Below are positions 27,297 through 37,351 of a stretch of DNA of 64,000 nucleotides, piece by piece. Under the pieces are notes generated by a model that saw only the letters and a program-made list of their open reading frames with translations, had not been told where the DNA came from and searched no databases. Each line of letters begins with the position of its first letter. Position 1 is the stretch's first letter. The stretch is taken from the NCBI GenBank assembly GCA_038231275.1, contig JBBRLQ010000013.1, forward strand, positions 32,001 through 96,000, written 5' to 3'. Source of the stretch: Polyangiales bacterium. Its GTDB lineage: Bacteria > Myxococcota_A > Polyangia > Polyangiales > Polyangiaceae. A program made the position numbers and the translations under genes.

Positions 27297-29042
27297 ATGC
27301 CCTTCCCCCAGCTCACCTTCCGGACCAAGCTCCTCGCGAGCCACGTCGGCCTCGTCGCGGTCGTCGTCACGATCGCGTTCCTCCTCTTGAACCGGACGCT
27401 CGGCGCCGATCTGGCCGCGCAGCTCGATCAGCGGCTCGAGGCGCAAGCACGCGGCGCCGCGGTCTGGGTCGGCGAGGGGCGAAGGCACCCCGACAAGCTC
27501 GCCGGGCGCATCGCGCTCATCGTCAGCGCCACGGTCACCATCTTCGACAAGGACGGCAAGGTCGTCGGCGACTCGGCCGGCGCGCCGCCTCCCCGCGATC
27601 TCCCGCCCGAGGTCCTCGCCGCGCAAGCGGGCGACGCGATGGGGCGCGCGTCGCGGGTGACCGATGCGGGCGAGGAGATGCACTACGTCGCGGTGCAAGC
27701 GGGCGACGGCGTCATCTTGCGCCTCGGCGCGCCGCTCAGCGGAATCAACGCCACCGTCCGCGAGATGCGCCACCAGCTATTCGTCGCGAGCGGCATCGCC
27801 CTCGCGATCGCGCTCGGCCTGGGATTTCTCGCCGCGCGCGTCGCGTCCGATCCGCTGCGCGCAATGACCGCGTCGGCGACCCGCCTCATGCGCGGCGACT
27901 ACGACCTCGAGCCGCTGCGTCATTCTCCCGATGAGTTTGGTCTCCTCTCGCGGACCTTGTCGTCGCTCGCGGCCGAGCTCAAATCGAAGATCGGCGACCT
28001 CACGAGCGAGCGCGATCGGCTGTCGGCGATCCTCGCGGGAATGGCCGAAGGCGTGCTCGTCACGGGCGAGGACGGCCGCGTCCTCTTGGCGAACCCCGCG
28101 GCGTCGCAGATCCTTGGCAACGAGCTCCCGCCGGGCACCGCGCTCACCGACGCGGTTCGCGCGCCGGAGTTGCTCGCGTTCATCGAGTCCGCGCGCAAGA
28201 GCGGCGAGATCCGAGAGGACGAGATCGAGACGCACGACCAAGGCGATCGCACGATCGCGCTCTACGTGCGCCCGCTTGGCAGCGATCCGCCGCGCGGCCT
28301 CGTCACGGTGCTCCGCGATCGCACGCGCCTGCTCCACTTGATGGAGCTGCGCAAGGACTTCGTGGCCAATGTGTCCCACGAGCTACGGACGCCGGTGACC
28401 TCCATCCAGGGCTACGCCGAGACGCTCCTCCGCGGGACAACGGACGCGCCCACCACGCGCCAGTTCCTCGAGATCATCCACCGCCAATCGCAGCGCATCG
28501 GGCAGCTCGTGACCGGCCTCCTCCGGTTGTCCGAGCTGGAGGCGCGCCCAGAGAGCGAGGCGGTCCGTGAGCCCGTTTTGCTCTCCGCGGTCGCCGACGC
28601 GGTGCGCGACACCGTCCACGCGCGCCTCGACGAGGCCGGGAGCACCCTCACCGTGACGATCCCCGACGATCTCCGCGTCCTCGGCGATCCCAGCGGCCTC
28701 GAGCAGGTGCTCTTGAACCTCGTCGAAAACGCCCTCAAGTACGGCGCGCGGGACGGCGCGAAGGGGCGCATCGCCGTCTCCGCCACCCGCGACGCGAAGA
28801 ACGCCGTCCTCCGCGTCGAGGACGACGGGCCAGGCATCGAGTCCCGCCACCTCCCGCGCCTCTTCGAGCGCTTCTACCGCATCGACGCCGGCCGCTCGCG
28901 CGATCGCGGCGGCTCGGGGCTCGGCCTGGCCATCGTCAAGCACCTCGTCGAAGCGATGGGCGGCCGGATCGAGGTCCAAAGCCGCGTCGGAGAAGGCTCG
29001 ATCTTCGAGGTGCGTCTCCCGCTCGCCGCAAACGCAAAATAG
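27297..29042 (+). CDS. phoR: Sensor histidine kinase, PhoR-like (TM-HAMP-PAS-HisKA-HATPase)
   Basis: [52 protein letters not shown]. Confidence 0.8.
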   Translation: MPFPQLTFRTKLLASHVGLVAVVVTIAFLLLNRTLGADLAAQLDQRLEAQARGAAVWVGEGRRHPDKLAGRIALIVSATVTIFDKDGKVVGDSAGAPPPRDLPPEVLAAQAGDAMGRASRVTDAGEEMHYVAVQAGDGVILRLGAPLSGINATVREMRHQLFVASGIALAIALGLGFLAARVASDPLRAMTASATRLMRGDYDLEPLRHSPDEFGLLSRTLSSLAAELKSKIGDLTSERDRLSAILAGMAEGVLVTGEDGRVLLANPAASQILGNELPPGTALTDAVRAPELLAFIESARKSGEIREDEIETHDQGDRTIALYVRPLGSDPPRGLVTVLRDRTRLLHLMELRKDFVANVSHELRTPVTSIQGYAETLLRGTTDAPTTRQFLEIIHRQSQRIGQLVTGLLRLSELEARPESEAVREPVLLSAVADAVRDTVHARLDEAGSTLTVTIPDDLRVLGDPSGLEQVLLNLVENALKYGARDGAKGRIAVSATRDAKNAVLRVEDDGPGIESRHLPRLFERFYRIDAGRSRDRGGSGLGLAIVKHLVEAMGGRIEVQSRVGEGSIFEVRLPLAANAK

Positions 29043-29157
29043 TAACAAAATCCGATGCCAATCCAGTAACGTAGCCGTCGTGCGTCAGGGCCTTAGGAGG
29101 GTAGACGAGCTGTCCCCCGACACGTTCATGCGGGTTCCGGTGACTAACCGCTGGACC

Positions 29158-31260
29158 ATGCGGCTTTTGGGCGTCCTAATCGCGCTCGCGCTCGTCGCGG
29201 CGCCCCGCCACGCGCGCGCGGACGACGCGCCGGTTATCGCCGCGGTCGAGAAGATCCAGCGCGACGACATCGCGAACGCGAACTTCGGCGACGCCAAGAA
29301 GAAGCTCAAGGCGATGCTCGAAAAATGCGGAAAAAGGCCCGTATGCGGGACCAACGCCGTCGCCCAAATCCACCTCACGCTCGGCATGGTCAACGCCCAG
29401 ATCGGCCGCGACGACGAGGCGAAGCAGGAGTACACGGACGCCCTCAACGCCGACGCGTCGACCTCGCTCCCGGCGAGCGGCACGACCGACTCGATGAAGA
29501 AGGTCTTCGCGGACGCGCAAAAGGGGTGGATCGCCGCGCACCCGCAGCCCGACGACTCGACCAAGGCCGGATGGCAAAACAAGGTCGCCTTCGATTTCGC
29601 GACCGCGGCGACGACGGCCGACCAGCAAGGGAACTTCCCGGACTGCATCCAGAAGGATCGCGCCGCCCTCCAGCTCGAGGAGCAGCAGCGCGCCCGCCTC
29701 CACCTCGCCGGCTGCGAGCAGAAGGCCGGCAAGATCATCGACGCGCTCCGCGACGCGCAGAAGGCTTACGAAGGCGCGAGCCAGAAGAAGGACCTCATCG
29801 TCAGCAAGGCCGCGCAGGTCAAGCTCGCAGAGCTGATCCCGAAGATCGCGCACGTCACCTTCAAGCCGCCGGTAGGGGCAGGCGCCCTGAAGGTGACCTT
29901 CGACGAGAAGCCGGTCCCGTCCGACAAGCTCACCCAGAACTTCTCGATCGATCCCGGCCAGCACCATGCGCACGCCGAAGGGCAGGTCTCCGGCATCCTG
30001 ATGAGCTTCGATCAGACGGTCGATCTCAAAGAGGGCGAGACGCAGGAGGTCGATATCCGCCTCAAGCCGACGGCCCTCACGCCGGGCGAGCTCGAGTGCA
30101 TGCTCAAGGCGAAGACGGAGGAGGAGATCCGCGCCTGCCTCCCCAAGAACGAGAAGCCCCTCGTCGTTCGCGCCGCGCTCGACTTTGGCGGGTACACGGA
30201 CAGCGTGTCGGTCAACGTCCTCAGCCCGGCGATCCGCGGCTCGATCGTATCGCCGACCGGCGGCTGGAACGTCGGCGCCAGCTACACGCTCGACGTGCTC
30301 ACCGCGGCGTCGCCCGACGTCGTCGCCACCGCGTCGCGCCGCTTCTACGACACGCGGCACGCCGTCACCGCGACCGGCGGGTACAAGCCGGGCCGCTTCG
30401 GCGGACAGATCTCGGCGTTCGGGTCGTCGGAGAAGGACTACTTCTCGCGCGGCGTGAACGTCACCGCGAACGGGGATTTTTTCGACAAGCAGCTCACGCC
30501 GCAGATTGGCGTCGGCTACAGCATCGACACCGCCGGCCGCTCGTCCACCCCGTTCAGCATCTTCAACGAGAAGTACACGACGCTGACGCTGAGCGGCGGC
30601 GCCACCATCGTCGCCTCCCCCACATCGGTGCTCGTGGTCGGCCTCACGATGATGCTGGAGCGCGGCGACCAGTCGAAGCCCTACCGCTGGATCCCGATCT
30701 TCGACACCGGCTTCACCGTGCCGATCGGCGCGTCGATCAGCTCGGTCAACGCGAACCGCCTGCCCATCCGCCCGCTCGAGCACCTGCCCACGGAGCGCGA
30801 TCGCTACTCGCTCAACGGGCGCTACCTCCTCCGCGTGAAGGGCCGCTCGACGCTGCGCCTCGAAGAGCGCATCTACTACGACAGCTGGGGCGTCAAGGCG
30901 AGCACCACCGACGGCCGCTGGATGTATGATCTCTCGAAGAGCCTAGTCGTGTGGCCCCACGTGCACCTCAACGCGCAGACCGGCGCGAATTTCTTCCAAC
31001 GCGCCTACAACGCGACATTGAATCCTGACGGTTCGATCGGCCTCCCCGCCAACCGGACGACCGATCGCGAGCTCTCGCCGCTCATCACGATCGCCGGCGG
31101 CCCCGGAACCCGACTTGCGCTCACGCCGCCCGAGAACAAGATTCAGATAGGCCTCTCGCTCCAGGCCGACGTCATGTACAGCCGCTATTTCAACGCGCTC
31201 TTCATCAAGCAGAGGATGGCCTACTACGGCACTCTGGGCTTCGACGGGGAGTTCGAATGA
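29158..31260 (+). CDS. DUF3570-type outer-membrane beta-barrel with N-terminal TPR/PEGA-like region
   Basis: Signal peptide; helical TPR-like N half; D...AASPDVV.TAS, EKDY.S, PYR, E.LP..R.R, Y.DSWG..A.T, DRELS. Confidence 0.75.
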   Translation: MRLLGVLIALALVAAPRHARADDAPVIAAVEKIQRDDIANANFGDAKKKLKAMLEKCGKRPVCGTNAVAQIHLTLGMVNAQIGRDDEAKQEYTDALNADASTSLPASGTTDSMKKVFADAQKGWIAAHPQPDDSTKAGWQNKVAFDFATAATTADQQGNFPDCIQKDRAALQLEEQQRARLHLAGCEQKAGKIIDALRDAQKAYEGASQKKDLIVSKAAQVKLAELIPKIAHVTFKPPVGAGALKVTFDEKPVPSDKLTQNFSIDPGQHHAHAEGQVSGILMSFDQTVDLKEGETQEVDIRLKPTALTPGELECMLKAKTEEEIRACLPKNEKPLVVRAALDFGGYTDSVSVNVLSPAIRGSIVSPTGGWNVGASYTLDVLTAASPDVVATASRRFYDTRHAVTATGGYKPGRFGGQISAFGSSEKDYFSRGVNVTANGDFFDKQLTPQIGVGYSIDTAGRSSTPFSIFNEKYTTLTLSGGATIVASPTSVLVVGLTMMLERGDQSKPYRWIPIFDTGFTVPIGASISSVNANRLPIRPLEHLPTERDRYSLNGRYLLRVKGRSTLRLEERIYYDSWGVKASTTDGRWMYDLSKSLVVWPHVHLNAQTGANFFQRAYNATLNPDGSIGLPANRTTDRELSPLITIAGGPGTRLALTPPENKIQIGLSLQADVMYSRYFNALFIKQRMAYYGTLGFDGEFE

Positions 31261-31826
31261 GCACGCTCGCCAACACCTCGCGCTTCGGCGTGGTCCTCGT
31301 GATCGCGGCACTCGCCGCGTGCGGCCTCGACCCCATCCACGACGGCGCCGTCGCCGCGCAGGGCAAGGAGACGACCGGCGTGCCGATCGGCCCCTTCCAC
31401 CGCGCCGGTCAGCCCTGCGTCGTCTGCCACGAAGATCACGGGCCCGCGTCGAACGTCGTGTTCTCCGTCGCAGGAACCATCTTCGCGGGCCCCACCGGCA
31501 CGGTCGGCGTCGACGGCGCGACCGTCCAGATGACCGACTCGAAGGGCTCCAAGTTCGAGAAGGCGACCAACTGCGTCGGCAACTTCTTCGTGAAGCCCTC
31601 CGAGTGGGACCCCGCCTTCCCCATCCTCGTCCGCGTCTCCAAGGGGGCCGCCAAGCGCTCGATGAAGACCCCCATCGGCCGCGAGCCATCGTGCGGCAAC
31701 TGCCACGTCACCATCATCAACGACACGAACCAGTTCGGTTCGATGGCGCACATCTACCTGTTCGCCGGCGACGATCCCGCGGGGCCCGCCAAAGACTGCC
31801 CTGTCAACCCGGACCTCGGACTATGA
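31257..31826 (+). CDS. Diheme c-type cytochrome lipoprotein
   Basis: Lipobox LAAC; HRAGQPCVVCH and SCGNCH around an Ig-like AGT.F...TN..GNFF domain. Confidence 0.8.
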   Translation: MSTLANTSRFGVVLVIAALAACGLDPIHDGAVAAQGKETTGVPIGPFHRAGQPCVVCHEDHGPASNVVFSVAGTIFAGPTGTVGVDGATVQMTDSKGSKFEKATNCVGNFFVKPSEWDPAFPILVRVSKGAAKRSMKTPIGREPSCGNCHVTIINDTNQFGSMAHIYLFAGDDPAGPAKDCPVNPDLGL

Positions 31827-32362
31827 AGCGCGGCCCCTTCGTCTTCTCGATTCTGTCCTCGGCGTTCGGCGCATTTGGCGCGGTCTGCCTCGTGATGGCC
31901 TGCTCGTCCTCGCCCTCCACGTCCGACAAATTCACCGTGTCAGGCCCCAACCCCGGCGACTTCTCCACGACGGTCGGCGGCGTCGACCCCGTCTTCGAGC
32001 GCCACTGCGGGTCGTTCGACTGCCACGGCAACACGGCGCGCGCCCTCCGCATCTACAGCCAGAACGGCCTGCGCCTCCCAAACGAAGGAGGCGTCCTCCC
32101 CGGCGGCGCGGCGACCACCCCCGACGAGGTCTCCGCCAACTACCGATCCATCATCGCGGTCGAGCCCGAGCAGATGAACAGCGTCGTCAAGAGCAGCGGC
32201 GACCCCTACTCGCTCCTCATCTTGAAGAAGCCGCTCCTGATCGAGACGCACAAGGGCGGCACCGTCATGATCAAGGGTGACGACACCGAAAAGTGCATCA
32301 CCGGCTGGGTCAAAGGCACCGTCGACAAAAACGTCTGCACCGCCGCGGCGCAGCTTCCTTAG
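31823..32362 (+). CDS. Cytochrome c-like lipoprotein with CX4CH motif
   Basis: ATGA overlap; lipobox VMAC; V.PVF...CGSFDCHG; SL.L.KP....HKGG distal His. Confidence 0.75.
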   Translation: MKRGPFVFSILSSAFGAFGAVCLVMACSSSPSTSDKFTVSGPNPGDFSTTVGGVDPVFERHCGSFDCHGNTARALRIYSQNGLRLPNEGGVLPGGAATTPDEVSANYRSIIAVEPEQMNSVVKSSGDPYSLLILKKPLLIETHKGGTVMIKGDDTEKCITGWVKGTVDKNVCTAAAQLP

Positions 32363-32389
32363 TCCCCGAGCGAGGCTCGCGGACTAAGG
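32357..32389 (+). terminator. Hairpin overlapping the stop codon of 31823-32362
   Basis: CCTTAGTCC...GGACTAAGG with inner CGAGC/GCTCG stem. Confidence 0.55.
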
Positions 32390-32392
32390 AGA

Positions 32393-32629
32393 CCTACGTT
32401 TGTGTGGGCCCTGCGGGCCCCTCCACGCCGAGGAACGGCGTGGAGCCCTCCCCGCACATCGCCTGCGGCGAATGTCGTGCGGGGCACGACGCGGGAGAAG
32501 AGATTTCACGGCCTTCGCTACGTGTGGGTCCGCCGTCGCGCGGTGCGCGACTTCGCCCGAAGGGCGAGGCGGGGAGGGCTCCACGCCGTTCCTCGGCGTG
32601 GAGGGGCCGCAGGCCCACACAAACGAAGG
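32393..32629. repeat. Branched palindromic (MITE/REPIN-like) element A
   Basis: About 60-bp near-perfect terminal inverted repeats, each containing a CTCCACGCCG-N5-CGGCGTGGAG hairpin; related to 40639-40909. Confidence 0.85.
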
Positions 32630-32644
32630 CTGATTTGGCGAAGC

Positions 32645-33511
32645 CTAATCAGCCCCGGCGTCGGGTTGCTTGACGGCCTGGCAACGCCCCGCGTTCATGT
32701 TGCTGATCGTGTCGCTCACGAACTGCGTGATGTTCGCCATCACCGTCGGGCTGAGCGCGAATCGCGGGTGACTGTTGGCGTTCACTTGCTGCGCCTCGGT
32801 TCCCTTGTCCATCATGCGCCGCGAGTTCTGCAGCGAGTCGAACGCGCCCGACGCGTTGACCGAGCCGACCACGAGCCGCTGGATGTACGGGAACTGCGTG
32901 AACTTGAGGAACGTCTCTTGTTTGTTCTGGCTCAGCCAGAGGCTCGCTTGCCCCTTGATGTGACAGGAGAGGCACTGCCCCTCGTTCTCGGTGTTCGTCT
33001 CGGCGATCTTGTCGAGTCCGAGCGCCTGCCACTCCGTGTAGTCCATGCAGGCGCCGAACGCCTTGAACGCAGCGCGCAGGTTCGCGGGCTTGCCGGTGTC
33101 GCCGGACAGCTTGCGCGCGGTGACCTCCATCTTGAGCCACTGCGTCACGAGATCGCCCTGATCGCTCGTGAGCGCAGGACCGCTGTGGAGGCCGTGCTGC
33201 ACGAGAGGGCTCGAGCTCGGATCGGCGATGAGGCCGGTCGTGCCCTCGAGCGCGTTGTAGCTCGCGTCGCCGCCGCTCGCGAGGAACACGGGGGCTCCGC
33301 GCTCGCCGGTCGCGTGGCACTTCGAGCACGTCGGCTCGATCGACGGATAGACCTTGTTGACGAAGAACGCGTGGGCCGCGGCCGTGTCGCCTCCGCCCGT
33401 GGTGCCGCTCGTGCCGCCGCCGCCGCCGGAGTCGGACGACGAGCCGCACGCGAGCATGCCGGCGGTGCCGAGCACCGCGACAATCGCAGCAACGTGAACT
33501 CGGGCCCTCAT
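32645..33511 (-). CDS. Diheme c-type cytochrome lipoprotein
   Basis: Lipobox MLAC; CSKCH and CLSCH; paralog of 33508-34404. Confidence 0.85.
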   Translation of the reverse strand: MRARVHVAAIVAVLGTAGMLACGSSSDSGGGGGTSGTTGGGDTAAAHAFFVNKVYPSIEPTCSKCHATGERGAPVFLASGGDASYNALEGTTGLIADPSSSPLVQHGLHSGPALTSDQGDLVTQWLKMEVTARKLSGDTGKPANLRAAFKAFGACMDYTEWQALGLDKIAETNTENEGQCLSCHIKGQASLWLSQNKQETFLKFTQFPYIQRLVVGSVNASGAFDSLQNSRRMMDKGTEAQQVNANSHPRFALSPTVMANITQFVSDTISNMNAGRCQAVKQPDAGAD

Positions 33512-34404
33512 TTGCCACCTCCGTCCGCCGCGTCGGGCGGTCCGGCGTCTCTGGGTACGACGAACGGCTGCCCGCACGTCCCGCTCGCGACGTTCTGCAG
33601 CGTCGCGGTGACGAAGTTGTCGAGCGCGTTGGTCACGTTCGGCGGGAGGCCGAACGACGGATGGCAGTCGGTCTTCCCATCGGGGCACGGCTCGTCCGCC
33701 TTGTCGGCGAAGCGTCCGGCGGGCACGAGGGAGTCGAAGTTACCGTCCTTGTCGAGCTTGCCGACGACGAACTTCTGGATGAACGGGAACTGCTTCGCCT
33801 TCTCGAACGTCTCGCGCGAGCCTGCCGACAGCCACGCGCTGCCCTGCCCGATCGAGTGACAGCCCATGCAGGGCCCGTCGATGTCCGTCTGCGAGAACGG
33901 CAAGTCGCCCACTCGGAAATACTCCCACATGTCGAAATTCATGCAGTCTGCATACGATTTGTACGCCGCCTGGAGCGTCGGCGCCTTTTGCACGCTGCCG
34001 GACAGGCCGCGCGCGGTGGCTTCCATGTTGAGCCACTGCGTGAGCACCGTGCGCTGCTCCGGGGTCAACTGAATCGTCTGGTCGGTGTGACTGTGCTGAA
34101 CGAGCGGGCTCTTCGACGGTTCGGCGATGAGCCCGATCGTGTTCGTGATCAGCTGGTAGCTCTGCTCCCCGCTCGCCGCGAGGAAGACCGAGGCCGCTCC
34201 CCCGGCGCCGTGACAGTTCGCGCAGCCCCTAGAGACTTGCGGGAACACCTTCGAGATGAAGTAGTCACGCGCGCCGAGCTGCGCGTCCGCGTTGTCGGTC
34301 GCGGGGTCGGGAGTTGACGCCGTCTTCTTGCAGCCGGTGGCGCTGGCCGCCGCGGCTGCAAGAGACAACGAAGCGAGGAGAAGAGCTGCAGCCTTCGATC
34401 TCAT
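33508..34404 (-). CDS. Diheme c-type cytochrome lipoprotein
   Basis: Lipobox ATGC; CANCH and CMGCH; shares ETF.K..QFP.IQ..VVG....G.FDSL with its neighbour. Confidence 0.85.
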   Translation of the reverse strand: MRSKAAALLLASLSLAAAAASATGCKKTASTPDPATDNADAQLGARDYFISKVFPQVSRGCANCHGAGGAASVFLAASGEQSYQLITNTIGLIAEPSKSPLVQHSHTDQTIQLTPEQRTVLTQWLNMEATARGLSGSVQKAPTLQAAYKSYADCMNFDMWEYFRVGDLPFSQTDIDGPCMGCHSIGQGSAWLSAGSRETFEKAKQFPFIQKFVVGKLDKDGNFDSLVPAGRFADKADEPCPDGKTDCHPSFGLPPNVTNALDNFVTATLQNVASGTCGQPFVVPRDAGPPDAADGGGK

Positions 34405-34446
34405 TGTGACCTCGGTGGAGGGACTCGCGGGAGAAGTGCCGTCGGT

Positions 34447-36207
34447 TCAGGCCTTCTTGGTGCGGCGACGAGCGCCAGCGATCACCAAGCCGACGAGCGC
34501 GAGCCCACCCAGCATCGTACCAGAATCCGTCTGCGTACCAGGCGTGCTGCACGCGCAACCGCTCGGGGAAGCCGGCGCACCATTGTTCTGGTTTCCGGTG
34601 TTGTCGGTGGTCGGGACCGGCGGCTGATCGACGGGCGCCGGGTTCTGCGGCGTAAGGACCTGATCGGCCTGGCCAGGGATGAACGAGAGGTACAAGGAGT
34701 TCTTGTAGTCGCCCGGAACACGCCCGCTCACCGCGGCGACGAAGAACGATTTGACGTCCTTCATGTAGCCACTGTCCTGGTGGTAGCCGGGGTTCGGCAC
34801 GTCGCCGATGCAGCGGAGGAAGTCACGGCCTTGGCGCATCGGGTTTTCGCCGTACCAGTTCGCGAGGTGGCCCGAGTCGCCGTACCAGCTGATCGGCCAC
34901 TTGTGCGCCTGATCGTTGTACGTGAACACCTTCGTCGGCGTGTCGTAGTTGACCATGACCATCTCCGCGCGGCCGATGCCGGTGGGAGGGGCGCTGATCA
35001 CGCCGACGTGCGCGGCGCCGTCGACACCGAAGGCGCCGGTGCAGATCGTCGAGTGCGTCTGGTGCGCGGCGACGCCGGTGACGTGGCCGTTGATGGTGAA
35101 CGCGTCGGCCGCGAGATCCATCGTGTAGAGGTGCGCGACGTTCGAACCCTTGAGGTTCGTGTTCTGCCCCATCGCGTTCGACTCGATGGTGCTGAGCGCG
35201 AAGCTCGTGTCGTTGATCTTCGCGACGGTCGGCTGACCCATGTAGTGCTTGGTGCCGTCCTTGTCCTCGTACGACGGCGCGATCAGCTGCTTCCAGCGGA
35301 CGTTGCCGGTGGTGGAGTCGAGGATGGCGCACTCGGTGCCGACTTCGACGGGGCGGTTGTTGCCCTTGCCGGCGCAGTAGAGCGAGCGCGTGGCGTCGAT
35401 CGCCTTGAGCGTCGGGCGGCCGATACGGGCCGGCGAAACGACCTGTTGGATCCAGTTGCGCTTCAGCGTGTAGTTGACGTCCACCTTCGTGAGCTGGATG
35501 CCGAAGCCGTACATGACCTCGGTCGCGTTGCCGGCGGTGCTGAGGTAGCCGCCCGACCACTGCCCGTTGCCGTTGTACGCGAGGTCCGGCGCGCCGTCGT
35601 TGTTGTCGATCTTGTCGGTCGGCACGTTGTTGTCGGTCGCAGTGACCGTGTTGCCGGCGGGGAGCTCGGTGATCGACTTCGCGTTCACCATGATCGGCGC
35701 CGCGACGACGTTGCACATGTGGTCGATCGCGCCGACGTACGTGTTCGGGCGGTTGCTGTTGTAGTCCGAGCCGTAGGCCCACATGATGACGTTGCCGTCG
35801 TTGGCGATGCGCGGGTGGTTGCAGAGGCGGTTGCCGCCGCCCTTGTAGTAAGAGAGCTGCTTCAGGTGAACGCGCTCGGCGGGCGCGCCGACGGCCTGGA
35901 GCTCGTAGCTCGAGCATGAGCACTGCCAGGGGCCGTAGCCGCTCTTCTCGTCCATCGACTGCATCGTGACGAGCACGACGAACTGCTTGCCGTCCTTCGT
36001 GATGGTCGTCACGTCGGTCTGCTCGAAGCCGGGGCCGCGGCGCTTCATCTCGCCGTCGAGGCGGCCCTCGTTTCCGGAGCCGGCCATGAGGACGACCGCC
36101 GAGCTGTTCACGGCGGTGCCCGGAGCAGTGTTCCCTGCAGTGGCATCTGCCGCCACGAGAGTGAGGAGCGAAGCCCCGACGAACCCAACGACGTGACGTG
36201 CTTTCAT
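34447..36207 (-). CDS. Secreted MYXO-CTERM sorting-domain protein
   Basis: Signal peptide; C-terminal GCACS...hydrophobic helix...RRR. Confidence 0.85.
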   Translation of the reverse strand: MKARHVVGFVGASLLTLVAADATAGNTAPGTAVNSSAVVLMAGSGNEGRLDGEMKRRGPGFEQTDVTTITKDGKQFVVLVTMQSMDEKSGYGPWQCSCSSYELQAVGAPAERVHLKQLSYYKGGGNRLCNHPRIANDGNVIMWAYGSDYNSNRPNTYVGAIDHMCNVVAAPIMVNAKSITELPAGNTVTATDNNVPTDKIDNNDGAPDLAYNGNGQWSGGYLSTAGNATEVMYGFGIQLTKVDVNYTLKRNWIQQVVSPARIGRPTLKAIDATRSLYCAGKGNNRPVEVGTECAILDSTTGNVRWKQLIAPSYEDKDGTKHYMGQPTVAKINDTSFALSTIESNAMGQNTNLKGSNVAHLYTMDLAADAFTINGHVTGVAAHQTHSTICTGAFGVDGAAHVGVISAPPTGIGRAEMVMVNYDTPTKVFTYNDQAHKWPISWYGDSGHLANWYGENPMRQGRDFLRCIGDVPNPGYHQDSGYMKDVKSFFVAAVSGRVPGDYKNSLYLSFIPGQADQVLTPQNPAPVDQPPVPTTDNTGNQNNGAPASPSGCACSTPGTQTDSGTMLGGLALVGLVIAGARRRTKKA

Positions 36208-36238
36208 GGTAGCCCTCTTTGATCTCTGGTTTTCGGGT

Positions 36239-37288
36239 CTAGAGTTCGTCGTCATCGCCGCCACCACCACCACCCTGGCCGCCGCCGGAGTTGTTGGAGT
36301 TGGAGTCGGCGTTGACATCATTTTTCGGCAGCACGATGGTGCGTGCGGGAGGCGTGTTCTTTACGAAGATCTGAAGCGCGGACACCTTGGCCGCCTTGGA
36401 GTCTCCGGCCGGCATCGCGATCTGGCCGTGGTTGTGGCGCGGGAGCGAGAAGGCAAGCTTGTCCGCGCCGCCCGCCTTGCCGTCGACGCGCAGGATGACC
36501 TCGTCGTCGCGCACGAAGTCCATGGCTTTCGCCTGCTTCGCGTCGACGCCGATCGAGGTCAAGTAGCCGGGGAGCGAGAAGCGGGGGTTCTCGACGCTCG
36601 AGTCGACGAGGAGGCCGTTCGGGAGCTCCTTGCGCTTCACCGTCGCGGCGAGCTTGCCGTCGACGTAGACGCGCGTGCCCTTGCTGATCTCGGCCGGAGC
36701 GTACGGGATGCCGACGATCGGCTTGCCGTCCGCGAAGGCGAGGTCGCCGTTCTGGAGGGTCGGCGCCTCTTTGTCCACGTAGACGGTGATCGCGCTGATC
36801 ATGTCGACCGTGGTGTCGGCCTTGAGGTCCGTGACCGCGAACATGATGCGGGGCTTGCCACCCTCGGCGCCGCGCGAGAACGAGAAGTGGACGCCGTCCT
36901 GCACGCGGCGGAACTCGGTCCCGTCGAGCGTGACGACGCGCGTTCCGCCGTAGACGTGGAGAGCCTTCACCTTGGCGACGTCGACGCCGAGAGCGCGAAC
37001 GTACTCGCCCAGGTAGTAGTTGGGGGAGCCGCCGGTCATCGAGTCGTGCATCTTCAAGCCGGCGGGGAGCTCGGTCGAGCGGATGGCCGCGAGGGGCGTG
37101 CCGTCGACGTAGATCATCGCCTCCTTGAGGCGGGGCTTCTTCGGCGCGAGGACTTCTTGCGTCGGCATCGGCGCGACGGCCGCCGTCTTGGCGCTCCCCT
37201 GCGAGGAAGGCGCCTTCTTGCACGCCGTGACCAGCACCGAAGCGCTGGCGGCGAGCAGGACGACGCAGGTGCAGGCGATGAAACGCAT
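36239..37288 (-). CDS. Lipoprotein with an internally duplicated domain
   Basis: Lipobox VTAC; two copies of YVDG..A.....ELP.GL...L..Y....GVD....KA. Confidence 0.8.
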   Translation of the reverse strand: MRFIACTCVVLLAASASVLVTACKKAPSSQGSAKTAAVAPMPTQEVLAPKKPRLKEAMIYVDGTPLAAIRSTELPAGLKMHDSMTGGSPNYYLGEYVRALGVDVAKVKALHVYGGTRVVTLDGTEFRRVQDGVHFSFSRGAEGGKPRIMFAVTDLKADTTVDMISAITVYVDKEAPTLQNGDLAFADGKPIVGIPYAPAEISKGTRVYVDGKLAATVKRKELPNGLLVDSSVENPRFSLPGYLTSIGVDAKQAKAMDFVRDDEVILRVDGKAGGADKLAFSLPRHNHGQIAMPAGDSKAAKVSALQIFVKNTPPARTIVLPKNDVNADSNSNNSGGGQGGGGGGDDDEL

Positions 37289-37351
37289 CGGACGACCTGA
37301 CTGCATGGCGTGTGCCGCCGCGTATTCCCGCGGAATCTGCGAAATTCGTTC

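Noticed and set aside
29042..29070. Two GTAAC half-sites upstream of the DUF3570 operon
   Set aside because: 24 bp apart with no good middle half-site; too weak to call as a box
32293..32673. Short ORFs on both strands with mirrored peptides (GPSTPRNGVEPSP)
   Set aside because: Artefacts of the palindromic element A, not proteins
36239..36260. C-terminal DDEL resembling a eukaryotic ER-retention signal
   Set aside because: Bacterial lipoprotein with an acidic low-complexity tail; coincidence
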